From a virus (taxonomy: Duplodnaviria; Caudoviricetes), in IMG/VR virus record IMGVR_UViG_3300020197_000017, positions 4,793 through 68,792 of that record: a DNA stretch of 64,000 nucleotides; one strand, given 5' to 3'. The notes beneath the pieces were generated by a model. The model worked only from the letters and a program-made list of their open reading frames with translations, was not told where the DNA came from and made no database searches. This document shows, piece after piece, positions 19,675-29,299 of the stretch. A program made the translations under genes and the position numbers. Numbering within the stretch: the stretch's first letter is position 1; each line of letters starts with the position of its first letter.

Positions 19675-22600
19675 GTACATCCGCCGCCCGTTCGCGATGG
19701 GCAACACCGACAGCCCCGTGGTCACCCAGCCCATCCTGCGGGGCTCGGTGATGAAGGACTCGTCCGGTGAGTTCGCGAGCCTTCTGATTCCCAGCGAGCT
19801 CGCGATCGAGACGGAGGACGGCGCCACGTCGGGCGGCATCTCCGTCGTCTTTAAGGGCACCACCATGGTGCAGGTACTCGACGACATCAACTCGGCGCTG
19901 ACGGGCTACGCCACGGCGGAGGAGTACGAGGGCTGCCTGGTCTTGAAGAGTGTCGGGACAGGCGAGGGCGCCTACATCCGCATCATGCCTCCGGTGTCGG
20001 GGTTCGACGATGCCTCCGCCGTCTTCGGCTTCGAGGTGCACCCGCACCCCCTCGCCACCGTCTCCGCTAGGGACCTCCTCGACACCCCGGTACGCCCGCG
20101 GCAGCAGGAGAACCCGATCGGCACGAAGTTCATCGGCACCGGAGAGGACCGCATCGGCAAGAGCTACAACCGCGCGCTCGACATGCTGGCGCGCAACGGC
20201 GACCTGCTCTACACGTGGCTCCAGCGCTCCGTGGCGCGGAAGGCCACCATCGTGGTCGACTCGACCAGGCACGCGGCCCAGCTCGACACGAACGTGGACG
20301 GGACCATCGACCAGGTGGACCTCTCGGATCTCTCGGTGTTCAACGCGGACCTGGCCGGGCTCCGCCTGTACGTCGGCAAATCGCTGGGGCTGACGCGCAA
20401 CAGCAACCTCGCGCAGATCTCCACCGTCTACCAGGTGGCCGACGGGGAGATGAAGGAGATCCCGGCGGGCGACCGCACGGTGCGTATCGGTGCCGTCACC
20501 CGCGGACAGCGCGGTGGTGTGCTCCCGTCGTTCGCAGACGACATCACCGCCCCGACCTCTCCGGTACCGAACACGACGGGCGTCTCCGCCGACGGGGGCA
20601 ATGCGCTCGGTGTCGACCGCGCCAAGCACTCCGGCGTCACCATCACCGAGGTCCGCCAGCGTACGACTATCGTGTGTGCTGGCGCGACCTTCGAGACCAA
20701 CGGTGTCGTCGCCGGTGACGTCGCCACCATCACCGGTGCCGGGGTCTCCTCCCCCTTCAACCACAACGGTACGTACCGGGTGGACGTGGTCGTGTCCGAG
20801 GAAGAGCTCGTGCTCCGCCCGGCGGACGAGACCACGGACGCGCAGGAGCTGAACCCGGCTGCGGGCGCCTTCGGCACGGTCGTCATCAGCTCTGGCGGGA
20901 ACTGGGAGAGCGGGATCTGGCTCAGCTTCTACCCGCCGATGCCGCGCATCCCGGAAGGCGGCAAGTTCATCCTGACCGTCCCGGTCGAGAGCGCGCTCGG
21001 CGAGGTCGCCCTCGAGGACATGGTCAACGGGAGTGTCCGGACGGTGGCCGGCGTCGACGGTTGGTCACTGCTGAACTTGTGGAAGCAGGTCAGCCTCGAC
21101 GGGGCCTACCAGGGGATGGGAGCCGCCCGCGGCGGTGGCTTCTTCGCAAGCATCACCAACCGGCCGTTCCGGCTGGATCTTCGGCACACTGCCACGCTGT
21201 CCGACGGGTCTATCGACCGCACCAGCACGGGTGCCGCTACCCTCGACGCGCACACGCTGCGCCTGACGGCCGCCTCGACGGACCGCTTCGACACCGAGGA
21301 TGTCGGGAAGACCATCCTCCTCACCGCCGGCCCCTTCCTCACCAAGGAACCCTGGACGGTCACGCGCCTGATCGACAACGCGACCGTCGAGCTCGCACCG
21401 CCCATACACAGGGTCGGGTACCAAGAGACCGCTGGAACCACGATCTCGGTGACGTCGTGGATACTCCTGGACGGGGACGCCATCGACGTCCTCGGGGCCC
21501 AGCACGTCGTCTCTCCCGAGTACTTCGGGGACACTGACCAGGCACCTGCTGCGGGCGGCTACGTGTACTCGCGCGAGCAGCGGGACCTGGGGACCACCGA
21601 CCCTCCGACGGCCGGACTGTTCTCGCTCCTCCACCTCGAGCGCGTGCGCCTGCGCCGCAGCGGGGTGAACATCACGATCGTGACCGCAGGTCCTACGACC
21701 GCGAGCAACACGCTCCCGCTCCCGTTCGACCCCGAGGACACCTACAACATCTACGGGGAGACGTACGAGACGAAGATGGCGTCCGGGCAATCCTCGATCA
21801 CCTTCGTGCGCATCCTTCACGGGCCAGACGCCGGCCTGTACCGCGTGAAGGGCCTGAAGAGTGTCTCGGTCAGTACGAACGCGGTCGTGCTGCAGCACAT
21901 CGACGGCAGCCCCGTCACGCTTACCAACGGCACGACGCCGAGCATCGCCTTCTACAACGCGACGCTGGCAGCCTCCGTGCCCCTCTACGGGGGGCCCGGC
22001 GCTGCGAGTACCTGGATGGGCGGGCTGAGCCTGTTCGTCGACGGGTACGAGCAGGACGTGGCCTTCGTGGCCCCCGTGCGCATCAACTGGCGAGGGACCG
22101 GTACCGGGCTCTACGCCTGGCTGAACGACGAGGAGTTCAAGGCCTTCGACAATGGCGATGGAGCTGACGGAGCCCTCCTTACAGGGGTTCTCTTCGCGCC
22201 AGCGGAGGGAATCGACATCAAGATGACCGGAGCTGACACAGGTGCGAATGAGCGTAGGTCTGGATACGTCCTGCGCGCACGCGCGCACACAAGTCGCTTT
22301 GATTTCAATCTACAAGATCCTGGCGCAGCTGGTGCACTCTTTCACTCGCAGAAGGGGTTTGCAGGCTACTTCGGTCAGACTGGTAAGGACCCCGCTGTTG
22401 TGGTCCTGAAGGTAGATGCGGGTGCTGCTGGGGATGAGTCGGCCAGGTTCTCCGGACTCTCCCCGAGTGCTGCGTTGCTTGTCGGGCGGGCAGGCCCGAT
22501 TAGTACCGAGAACGTGTCCGGACCTGCGGGGAAGGGCTCGGCTGTAGAGCTCTCAGGCTCACTCTATATCCACCGAGGTAGCTACGTCGGTGGTGCTTCA

Positions 22601-25600
22601 GTCCCGACGTGGTCTGAGGGCGGTGTCTACGTCGAAGATGTTCTTGGCGCAGGTCGCTGGGCCTATCCTACAGTGGGGATTTACGACTTCGACGGGTCCC
22701 CGTACTACGGTACAGGGTCGTACTCTGGCTGGGAAGCGCCTACACGCCTTGGAAATCCGGGGGTCATCTATCCGCCGTCGAGCAACGACGCTGATGTGGC
22801 TGCCGAGGTCCTGGCTACAGACTACACCCTATTCAACTTCAAGCATGTCGGCATCGTGCACATCACTGACGTGACGGCACTGACACCGTCACTTACTGCA
22901 CCGTTCAATCGTTTCATTGGATGCCGTTTCAAGCTCGACGACCCGGCGGCGGATCTTGATCAGGTCGAGTTCGCTATTATCGGCTCGATGATGCCGGCTG
23001 AAAATGAGCTCTATCTCGCACTCCACCATCCGACTCAGACTATTGTCGTGGATGCTGGACACTCCAGGTACTTCAAGATTCTTGGACAGCGGTGGTACCA
23101 GTCCCATATCGACGTGGCTGATTGGGTTCAGGTCGGCACAGAGGATGCGTCGGCATCGCGTACACAGCTTCCACTGCTGACGTGTGATCCGGACGTCCTG
23201 AACTCACGTGTGTCTGTAGTGCCGGACAACGTGCAGTTTCCGAGCCTTGGCCTCCAGACCTACTGCGCGTGGGCTGCTGCTGCGGACGGTGTGTCCATCG
23301 GTGCGGCGAGTGCGGATACATCGACGATGACATCCGTGCACGTCACTGCGAATGCGTATGCGGCTGCACAGCACTGGGATGGAGATTTCGATGACCCTAT
23401 CTTCACACACGGCTGGTCAACCGATGCCAAGGAACCACGGTCGCCGTTCCCGAACTCCAGCACCATCTCGAATGTAGACGCGAACCACAACTCCAGCGAG
23501 GTCCTCGACGGAAGCTACGCGGGTAGCTTTGCTGCGGACGACTACACGGCTACGTTCCCTGGCGGAACTGCTCAGGTTGCGTGGTCTTCATCCTGGGGCG
23601 GCTCCCTTGAGATTAGTGGAAACAGACATGCGCAAGTGAGAATCTGGCAGCGTGGACGTACTTTCGTGATGACCAACCATCTGGCGGTACGGGTACAACT
23701 CCGTGCCGCAGTGACGAGACCGCCGATCTTTATACCGGGAACGCGCATGTTCACCATCGCACTGACCAAGAATGATGGGACAGTGGTGGCGCACGCGGCG
23801 GTGGGAATCCCTACGGACAACCGACCCCACGATGTTTCGGCGACCCTCGAAGTGGACGGTGTGACGAACGCAGCGGCGGACGCTCTCGGTCTCTCCAAAG
23901 AGGTGCTGTCCCTCCACGTCACGGCGCTGGTTGCCCTTGAGGCGGACAACGAAGTCATCTCGATCCTCGAGTTCAAGACTGAACCTGTCACGCGACCTCT
24001 TGTTACCAGCGGCCCTCAGATCGTGACAGGTTCAGTCCTGGCGCATGGATTTCGCTTCACGGACCCGGTCCCTGGTTTTGACACGAAGGGCCCTGCGGAT
24101 GTCCGTCTCCTCGGTGGACTTGACTACGCTCGAAATGAAAGTTGGCCAACGTACAACGAGGGTGTCGATGGTTGGGAACATGCCAGCTGCACTGGTACGC
24201 AAGAACTCCGCTGCGGCCCTGGTCTCGTGCGGATGCGGTCAGATGAACAGTATCTCAACTGGAAGATCGCGTTGACTCTCTTGGCCAACGCGCTCGGTGC
24301 TACAGACATCGACGCCTGGATGACAATATTGGCTTATCAAGCCCTGAACGGGTACGAAAGCGGCACAGAGCCAGCAGGTACATTTGGACCACTAGAGGAC
24401 GAAGCAAATGCCGTGTATGAGAAGTGTGTGCTGGCTGTTAACGAAGGAAACCTCGTAGACAAGGTTGAACTCGCCGAGGAGGCTATGTACCTGGGCAAGG
24501 TCCTGGTCGATGCTCTCCGTGTTGTCGCAAGCCGGGTAGTGGATGGCTCGGGCGACATGGCCGAGGATCTATACGACTACGCGAGACGGGTAGAGGACGC
24601 GATGTACTTCGAACTTCCAGCTACGGGCGAGTACGCCGCGCTTCTTCACGATGAGCCTGAATCGAACTGGATCCGCCCTTGGGTCGATTACTACCGTCTC
24701 TTCAGTCAGGGGGTTCATTCCGCCGCGATCACGCTCTACAACGGAGCCTTCGACCCTCTCTGGTACGCAAAGCAAGCGGACGTCCTCTACAACGACACGG
24801 GAACGACTACCGAACGTCTGCATTCGGACGCTTTCGTTCCGTGCGGTACCACAGGGTTTCTGGTACCTGTCAATCCTCCACACGGGGCCGTGCTGACCTC
24901 GCTCAGTATCGGTCTCAGCTTTCGCGCACACAAGTCAGGTCGTTGGGGAATCTACTTCGACATGGTGGACAGCCTTGCTGCTATGGGTACAAGCGGAGCG
25001 CCTTCTACTGACTATGTCGAGGTTGCCCGTGACGAAGATTGGTTGGCCAAGCAGGGTGTGCGTGTAGAGCTCTGGAGATACAACGCCGTCGATTTCGACG
25101 TGAGTGAGGCTGACTGGGCTTCTTGGTCGGAACATGAACCAGAGTTCGGCTTCGGGGAGCGCTTAGCTCGATTCACGATCAATCTGTCGGAAGTAGCGAC
25201 CCCGTCGGATACTGCCAATACGGTTAGGGAGGCGTGGCGACAGCCTAGTTTTCTCGGTGACTATGGTAGGGACGTGTACGTCGGTAAGGAGCACTTTGCG
25301 CGACGTTCCTGGAACCTGATCGACACAGCCTTCGGTAGTGGTGATGCACGTGCGCGTGTGGATCGCCGACACTACGCCTACATGGTCGTGGTGCGCTTCT
25401 TTGGAGGTATGCGACAGACCCACGCTTCTGTCGACCTTCCCTACGTACGAGGAGATGCGCCGGGGACGGGGTTTGATTCCAGGTGGGAGATCCCTCAGAT
25501 GATTACGCGCAGGAGCGGTACTTCTGACGGGGAGCCCGTTGAGGGTCAGATCTACGGACACTTCGATGCGGCCTATAATGTCGACGGTCTCGAGAACATG

Positions 25601-25699
25601 AACACGCCATGGGAAGAGAAGTCATTTCCTCCCCAAGTCAAGTTCCGCGGATTGAGACTCGGATGGATCACAGATCGCGCTGGGGATGGGGGCTGGTAG
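19667..25699 (+). CDS. Large tail fibre / receptor-binding-like structural protein (~2010 aa)
   Basis: ATG at 19667 (MPKYIRRP) with GGGGAG upstream; beta-rich; shares the repeated beta module of upstream baseplate proteins; last gene of the + block. Confidence 0.7.
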   Translation: MPKYIRRPFAMGNTDSPVVTQPILRGSVMKDSSGEFASLLIPSELAIETEDGATSGGISVVFKGTTMVQVLDDINSALTGYATAEEYEGCLVLKSVGTGEGAYIRIMPPVSGFDDASAVFGFEVHPHPLATVSARDLLDTPVRPRQQENPIGTKFIGTGEDRIGKSYNRALDMLARNGDLLYTWLQRSVARKATIVVDSTRHAAQLDTNVDGTIDQVDLSDLSVFNADLAGLRLYVGKSLGLTRNSNLAQISTVYQVADGEMKEIPAGDRTVRIGAVTRGQRGGVLPSFADDITAPTSPVPNTTGVSADGGNALGVDRAKHSGVTITEVRQRTTIVCAGATFETNGVVAGDVATITGAGVSSPFNHNGTYRVDVVVSEEELVLRPADETTDAQELNPAAGAFGTVVISSGGNWESGIWLSFYPPMPRIPEGGKFILTVPVESALGEVALEDMVNGSVRTVAGVDGWSLLNLWKQVSLDGAYQGMGAARGGGFFASITNRPFRLDLRHTATLSDGSIDRTSTGAATLDAHTLRLTAASTDRFDTEDVGKTILLTAGPFLTKEPWTVTRLIDNATVELAPPIHRVGYQETAGTTISVTSWILLDGDAIDVLGAQHVVSPEYFGDTDQAPAAGGYVYSREQRDLGTTDPPTAGLFSLLHLERVRLRRSGVNITIVTAGPTTASNTLPLPFDPEDTYNIYGETYETKMASGQSSITFVRILHGPDAGLYRVKGLKSVSVSTNAVVLQHIDGSPVTLTNGTTPSIAFYNATLAASVPLYGGPGAASTWMGGLSLFVDGYEQDVAFVAPVRINWRGTGTGLYAWLNDEEFKAFDNGDGADGALLTGVLFAPAEGIDIKMTGADTGANERRSGYVLRARAHTSRFDFNLQDPGAAGALFHSQKGFAGYFGQTGKDPAVVVLKVDAGAAGDESARFSGLSPSAALLVGRAGPISTENVSGPAGKGSAVELSGSLYIHRGSYVGGASVPTWSEGGVYVEDVLGAGRWAYPTVGIYDFDGSPYYGTGSYSGWEAPTRLGNPGVIYPPSSNDADVAAEVLATDYTLFNFKHVGIVHITDVTALTPSLTAPFNRFIGCRFKLDDPAADLDQVEFAIIGSMMPAENELYLALHHPTQTIVVDAGHSRYFKILGQRWYQSHIDVADWVQVGTEDASASRTQLPLLTCDPDVLNSRVSVVPDNVQFPSLGLQTYCAWAAAADGVSIGAASADTSTMTSVHVTANAYAAAQHWDGDFDDPIFTHGWSTDAKEPRSPFPNSSTISNVDANHNSSEVLDGSYAGSFAADDYTATFPGGTAQVAWSSSWGGSLEISGNRHAQVRIWQRGRTFVMTNHLAVRVQLRAAVTRPPIFIPGTRMFTIALTKNDGTVVAHAAVGIPTDNRPHDVSATLEVDGVTNAAADALGLSKEVLSLHVTALVALEADNEVISILEFKTEPVTRPLVTSGPQIVTGSVLAHGFRFTDPVPGFDTKGPADVRLLGGLDYARNESWPTYNEGVDGWEHASCTGTQELRCGPGLVRMRSDEQYLNWKIALTLLANALGATDIDAWMTILAYQALNGYESGTEPAGTFGPLEDEANAVYEKCVLAVNEGNLVDKVELAEEAMYLGKVLVDALRVVASRVVDGSGDMAEDLYDYARRVEDAMYFELPATGEYAALLHDEPESNWIRPWVDYYRLFSQGVHSAAITLYNGAFDPLWYAKQADVLYNDTGTTTERLHSDAFVPCGTTGFLVPVNPPHGAVLTSLSIGLSFRAHKSGRWGIYFDMVDSLAAMGTSGAPSTDYVEVARDEDWLAKQGVRVELWRYNAVDFDVSEADWASWSEHEPEFGFGERLARFTINLSEVATPSDTANTVREAWRQPSFLGDYGRDVYVGKEHFARRSWNLIDTAFGSGDARARVDRRHYAYMVVVRFFGGMRQTHASVDLPYVRGDAPGTGFDSRWEIPQMITRRSGTSDGEPVEGQIYGHFDAAYNVDGLENMNTPWEEKSFPPQVKFRGLRLGWITDRAGDGGW

Positions 25700-25703
25700 G
25701 GCT

Positions 25704-25750
25704 AAAGAAAGAGTGCGACGGCTTGAAGTTCAGCCGTCGCACTCCTTCTC
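25704..25750. terminator. Probable bidirectional intrinsic terminator between convergent blocks
   Basis: Perfect 13-bp stem GAGTGCGACGGCT/AGCCGTCGCACTC (25711-25744) flanked by AAAGAAA and CTTCTC. Confidence 0.8.
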
Positions 25751-25803
25751 TCAATCCTCTTCACAAAGGACGCCGTCGTTGGGACTCTCCTCCGATGTGA
25801 AAG

Positions 25804-25839
25804 ATGAGGCCGACCGGGTGCTGACCCGGTCGGCTTCAT
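25804..25839 (-). terminator. Second stem-loop at the end of the - strand block
   Basis: 16-bp stem with one imperfect pair, ATGAGGCCGACCGGGT/ACCCGGTCGGCTTCAT; followed on - strand by CTTTT. Confidence 0.6.
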
Positions 25840-26021
25840 GGCAATGGAACTCCGAGGCGGACAAGCTGACCGAGAAGGGCCGCGTCCGCCGAGTTGACGT
25901 CGAGGTAGACGGAGAGGTTGGTCTCCGCCCACTCGATGAGGTCCTCCGGAGTCATACCCCGGAGGACCTCGATGTCAACCTCGACGGAACGCCCGACCTC
26001 GTGGCCCTTCTCTCGGGTCAG
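25836..26021 (-). CDS. Small protein absent from the ORF track, Rho-N-like helix pair; start uncertain
   Basis: Reads LTREKGHEVGRSVEVDIEVLRGMTPEDLIEWAETNLSVYLDVNSADAALLGQLVRLGVPLP* with typical codon bias; starts at a CTGA overlap or at the internal ATG. Confidence 0.5.
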   Translation of the reverse strand: MTREKGHEVGRSVEVDIEVLRGMTPEDLIEWAETNLSVYLDVNSADAALLGQLVRLGVPLP

Positions 26022-27010
26022 TCCGAGACGCGCTTCAGCACGTCCGCGAGGGACTGGTCCTTCTTGTTGATGTCGTTCAGGTAGATGGACTCCACGCCGA
26101 CGTGGACCTCGTCCAGCCGGCCCTTGAGGCTCTTGAGGGCCTTCGCGTTGCCGGTCTCGTTGGCGTCGACCTTGGCGTCCAGGGCCTTGATGACGTCACC
26201 CAGCGCGGCCTGGTTCTTCAGGACCTGCTCGAGGAGCTGGATGACCACGTCGTTGCCGCCGCCGTCCTTCTCGCTCTTCTCGCTCTTCCCCTCCGCCTTG
26301 GCCTCGGGCTCGTCGCGACGACCGCGGCCGCGCCCACGCGGGGCCTCGTCCTCGGGCTTCTTCGCCGGCTCCTCGTCCTCGCTGCGCCGCCCGCGACCGC
26401 GACCCCGGGGCGTCTCGTCCTCGTCGCCGCCCTTCTTGGTGTCCTCGTCCTTGGAGGCGCGCCCGCGTCCGCGCGGGGCATCTTCCTCCTCGACCTTCGC
26501 GCGCCCTCGACCCCGGGGCGCCTCGTCCTCGTCCTTGGCGGAGGAGCGGCCGCGGCCGCGCGGGGTCTCCTCGTCGGCGCCCTTGCCGCCGCCCCCGCCC
26601 CCCTTCTTCTTCTCGGCCGCGACCAGGTCGAGCACCTGGTCGTCGTCCAGCTTCTCGATGCCCTTGAAGTGGGGCTTGAGGAGCTCGATGAGCCCGTCGG
26701 GATCCATCTGGAAGAGCTTGAGGTCGTTCGGCTTGGCGAGGCCCGCGACAATGGCGAGCTCGCGGAGGTTGGCCTTCTTCACAGTTGCCATGTGCAGTTC
26801 CTCTCTGTCGTGTCTTCGTGGGTTTGGTTTCGGAAGCAGCGCGTGCACGCCCAGTCTTTCGAGCACGCGTACTCGGGCAGCCCGCTCACCGGGCAGCCCT
26901 TCCTCGTACAGGTTGCAGCAGTCCCTGTCCATGAGCATCTGCGCGGTAACGCGCGTGCAGCGCGGGAGGCGCGAGCATCCCAGACAGGAAGGGCGGTCAG
27001 AGCATGTCAC
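26018..27010 (-). CDS. Charged low-complexity protein with PRGRGR repeats and C-terminal coiled coil (possible nucleoid-associated protein); alternative start 26791
   Basis: Five D/E-rich PRGRGR blocks; GAGGA upstream of MATVKK at 26791; in-frame Cys-rich extension to GTG 27010. Confidence 0.75.
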   Translation of the reverse strand: MTCSDRPSCLGCSRLPRCTRVTAQMLMDRDCCNLYEEGLPGERAARVRVLERLGVHALLPKPNPRRHDREELHMATVKKANLRELAIVAGLAKPNDLKLFQMDPDGLIELLKPHFKGIEKLDDDQVLDLVAAEKKKGGGGGGKGADEETPRGRGRSSAKDEDEAPRGRGRAKVEEEDAPRGRGRASKDEDTKKGGDEDETPRGRGRGRRSEDEEPAKKPEDEAPRGRGRGRRDEPEAKAEGKSEKSEKDGGGNDVVIQLLEQVLKNQAALGDVIKALDAKVDANETGNAKALKSLKGRLDEVHVGVESIYLNDINKKDQSLADVLKRVSD

Positions 27011-27311
27011 GGCTGAAGCCCAGCCAACAGCGCGTGACGATCACGTCTGGGCATCCGTAGGACGTGCACTTGCCAGTGCACCCAGGAAGCTGACTCAGGA
27101 GCCTGTTCTTGTAGCGCGCGATGTGACGCTCGATCGCGACTCGGCGCACCTCCAGTGCGTCCGCCGGGAGGGCCTCGTCCTCGAGAATAGCCTCCACGAG
27201 TACGTTCTTGGGGAGATCCCGCGAGAGGTTGCCCAATCCGGCTACCCGTGCGACCTGCACGAGCTCGCTGAGGTTCATGCCCTGCAGCGTGTTGAGAAGG
27301 CTATCGGCCAT
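26997..27311 (-). CDS. Small protein with Rho N-terminal-like domain and Cys cluster
   Basis: LQGMNLSELVQVARVAGLGNLSRDLPKNVLVEAIL fits the Rho_N pattern; C-x3-C-x4-C-x7-C at the C-terminus. Confidence 0.65.
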   Translation of the reverse strand: MADSLLNTLQGMNLSELVQVARVAGLGNLSRDLPKNVLVEAILEDEALPADALEVRRVAIERHIARYKNRLLSQLPGCTGKCTSYGCPDVIVTRCWLGFSRDML

Positions 27312-27813
27312 GGTGTTCTCGCAGAAACTCGGGTGGTATGCCGTAACGGGTCGGCGACACCTCTTCGAGAACGAGATGGACCGCTGGTGGGTCGTTGTCC
27401 CCGCCTACCAGCTTCATCTCGGAGTCCTCCCAGAAGAGCGTGTCGTCGATCCCGAGGGCCTCGGCGAGTGCATCCTGGAGCAACTTACGCCGGTTCATCG
27501 TGTCGTTCCGCTTATACGGACTCTTCGCCTGTTCTTTCAGCCAGCCAGCCGTCAGGAGGTCTTCCGCGGGAAAGACGAAGACCGCAGTGAGCGTGTAGAC
27601 CATCCAGGGGCGGTGCTCGCGGCTGAACCGCTGCACCTCGAAGAAGAGGTCGTCGTTGATGTGCCGCACGACCTCCTTTTTGTAGTTCTCGGCCTCCGTC
27701 GTGTACCGGATCACCGCCTTCCGCTTCCCCTTCACGTAGACGTACCCGATGTCGCGGATGCGGTTGTCCGACGGCGGTAGCTTCGGGTAGGAGAAGCAGA
27801 AGGTCCTGCCCAT
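27301..27813 (-). CDS. rusA: RusA-family Holliday junction resolvase
   Basis: LPPSDN start; NDTMNRRKLLQDAL...IDD catalytic pattern. Confidence 0.8.
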   Translation of the reverse strand: MGRTFCFSYPKLPPSDNRIRDIGYVYVKGKRKAVIRYTTEAENYKKEVVRHINDDLFFEVQRFSREHRPWMVYTLTAVFVFPAEDLLTAGWLKEQAKSPYKRNDTMNRRKLLQDALAEALGIDDTLFWEDSEMKLVGGDNDPPAVHLVLEEVSPTRYGIPPEFLREHHGR

Positions 27814-28439
27814 TAGTCCTCCTGCCCTCGACGGCCGCGGCGGTTTCGGAACCGGGAGTCGCCCGGGCGGTCCCCGCCCTCGGGGATGCGGCCCACGCTC
27901 CCGCCCCGGAACCCCATCTCGAGTTCCATGCGCTTCGTCTCGATGATGCGCGAGATGAACTTCACATCGCGCGAAGCCGCCTCAGCGAGTGTCGAGAGGA
28001 GCTCGCAGTAGGTCTTGGCCTCGATGTAGGAGGCGTTGGCTTCGATGTAGCGGACGTCAAGGATGGCCAGGTCGGCCTTGTCCTGCGCGGTCCCGAGCTT
28101 CGACTTCCTCACCGCAGCGAGGACGAGGTCGAGCTTCTCCTTCGCGGAGAGCATCTCTGCGCGCGACAGGACCACCTGACCCGTGACGTAGTCCGTGTAG
28201 GCCACCTGCAGGGCGTAGTACTCCCCGATGGCGGTCGGCTGCATCCCCGGCAGGTTGAGGGGCACGCGCCCGTCGTACGTCCTGCCGTCGTCGCGCTTGG
28301 GTGGCGCGTCTCGGAGCTTGAGTCCGGTCTTGTTGAAGCGCTCGAGCGCCAGCGACTCCGCCTGGTCGTAGCGGTCCAGGCCCTCGTCGAGACCCATCGT
28401 CATCGGGTCGCTGCTGTCGTCGTGGTCCCTTCGTGCCAC
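27813..28439 (-). CDS. UvsY-like recombination mediator (helical)
   Basis: GTG at 28439 after GGAGG; C-terminal helical DVRYIEANASY...ISRIIETKRMELEMG resembles T4 UvsY; near RecA. Confidence 0.5.
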   Translation of the reverse strand: MARRDHDDSSDPMTMGLDEGLDRYDQAESLALERFNKTGLKLRDAPPKRDDGRTYDGRVPLNLPGMQPTAIGEYYALQVAYTDYVTGQVVLSRAEMLSAKEKLDLVLAAVRKSKLGTAQDKADLAILDVRYIEANASYIEAKTYCELLSTLAEAASRDVKFISRIIETKRMELEMGFRGGSVGRIPEGGDRPGDSRFRNRRGRRGQED

Positions 28440-28441
28440 CC

Positions 28442-29299
28442 TCACCTCCCTCCCTGGACCGTGAATGCCTTGCCCGCGCTCTTCTTGATACGCTGGGGGC
28501 ACACGTACCCGTAGGGACACTCCGCGCACTCGGCCGGTGTAGCATCCGCGATCGGGGGTTCGTCGTTGTCGAGGGCCTCCTGCACGCGCTCCCCCTTGGT
28601 CCGCACCCAGCGGCGGAAGACGGAGGGGTCGTACACCTCGACGTACTCCTTGATGTCGTGCGGCCACTGCTTGGAGATGTAGAGGTAGACGATCACTGGG
28701 GCATCCAGGGCGGTGGCGTACAGGCCGGTGGCCTGGATGCGGTGGTCGGGCTTGGGCTCCTTCAGCCCCTCGAACTCCGAGCCCATGCTCTTGATCTCAA
28801 CCACGACCCTCACGCTTGGGAGCGTGAGGAGCCCGTCGGTGTTGCCGGCGATCAGCGTTCCGATCTCGATGCGCTTCTCGGGCTCGAACGCGTCACCGAA
28901 GTCCTCCGACAGGATCGCCTGCGTGAGGTCGTGCATCGCGTGCCCGATGGCGAAGGTGAAGACCAGCGGCGGCTTGAACTGAGGCTTCGGCGCGTACTCG
29001 CCCGTCACGTCGTAGTAGAGCCGGAGGACGCAGCTGTCCGCCGAGGACGGGTGGATCACCCCCACCGACCTCGGTGGCTTCCGCCGGTGCTTCCCGGTCC
29101 CCCTGCAGTGGTGGCAGTCGCGCTCCTCCGCGGCGTCTGCCTCGATACGAGCCAGGTACTCGGCCTTCGTCAGCCCCACTTCGCTCGCGCGTCGCTTGAG
29201 CCCCGCGAGGACGCGGGCTCGTAGGTCCAGCGACTCCGTCACCTCCTTGAGCTCGCGGTCGGAGGCATTCTTGATGTCGTCCGTGCTGTGCAGGATCAC
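28442..29299 (-). CDS. Cas4-like PD-(D/E)XK exonuclease with probable Fe-S cluster
   Basis: HPSS..C..R, GHAMH, GNTDG, VVEIKS, Q...Y and C-terminal CAECPYGYVC. Confidence 0.85.
   Translation of the reverse strand: MILHSTDDIKNASDRELKEVTESLDLRARVLAGLKRRASEVGLTKAEYLARIEADAAEERDCHHCRGTGKHRRKPPRSVGVIHPSSADSCVLRLYYDVTGEYAPKPQFKPPLVFTFAIGHAMHDLTQAILSEDFGDAFEPEKRIEIGTLIAGNTDGLLTLPSVRVVVEIKSMGSEFEGLKEPKPDHRIQATGLYATALDAPVIVYLYISKQWPHDIKEYVEVYDPSVFRRWVRTKGERVQEALDNDEPPIADATPAECAECPYGYVCPQRIKKSAGKAFTVQGGR

Noticed and set aside
22150-25699. Diversity-generating retroelement target
   Set aside because: No reverse transcriptase or template/variable repeat pair noticed in this window
28442-29299. CRISPR-Cas locus suggested by the Cas4-like gene
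   Set aside because: No cas1/cas2, effector genes or array; solo Cas4-like exonucleases are common in phage replication modules
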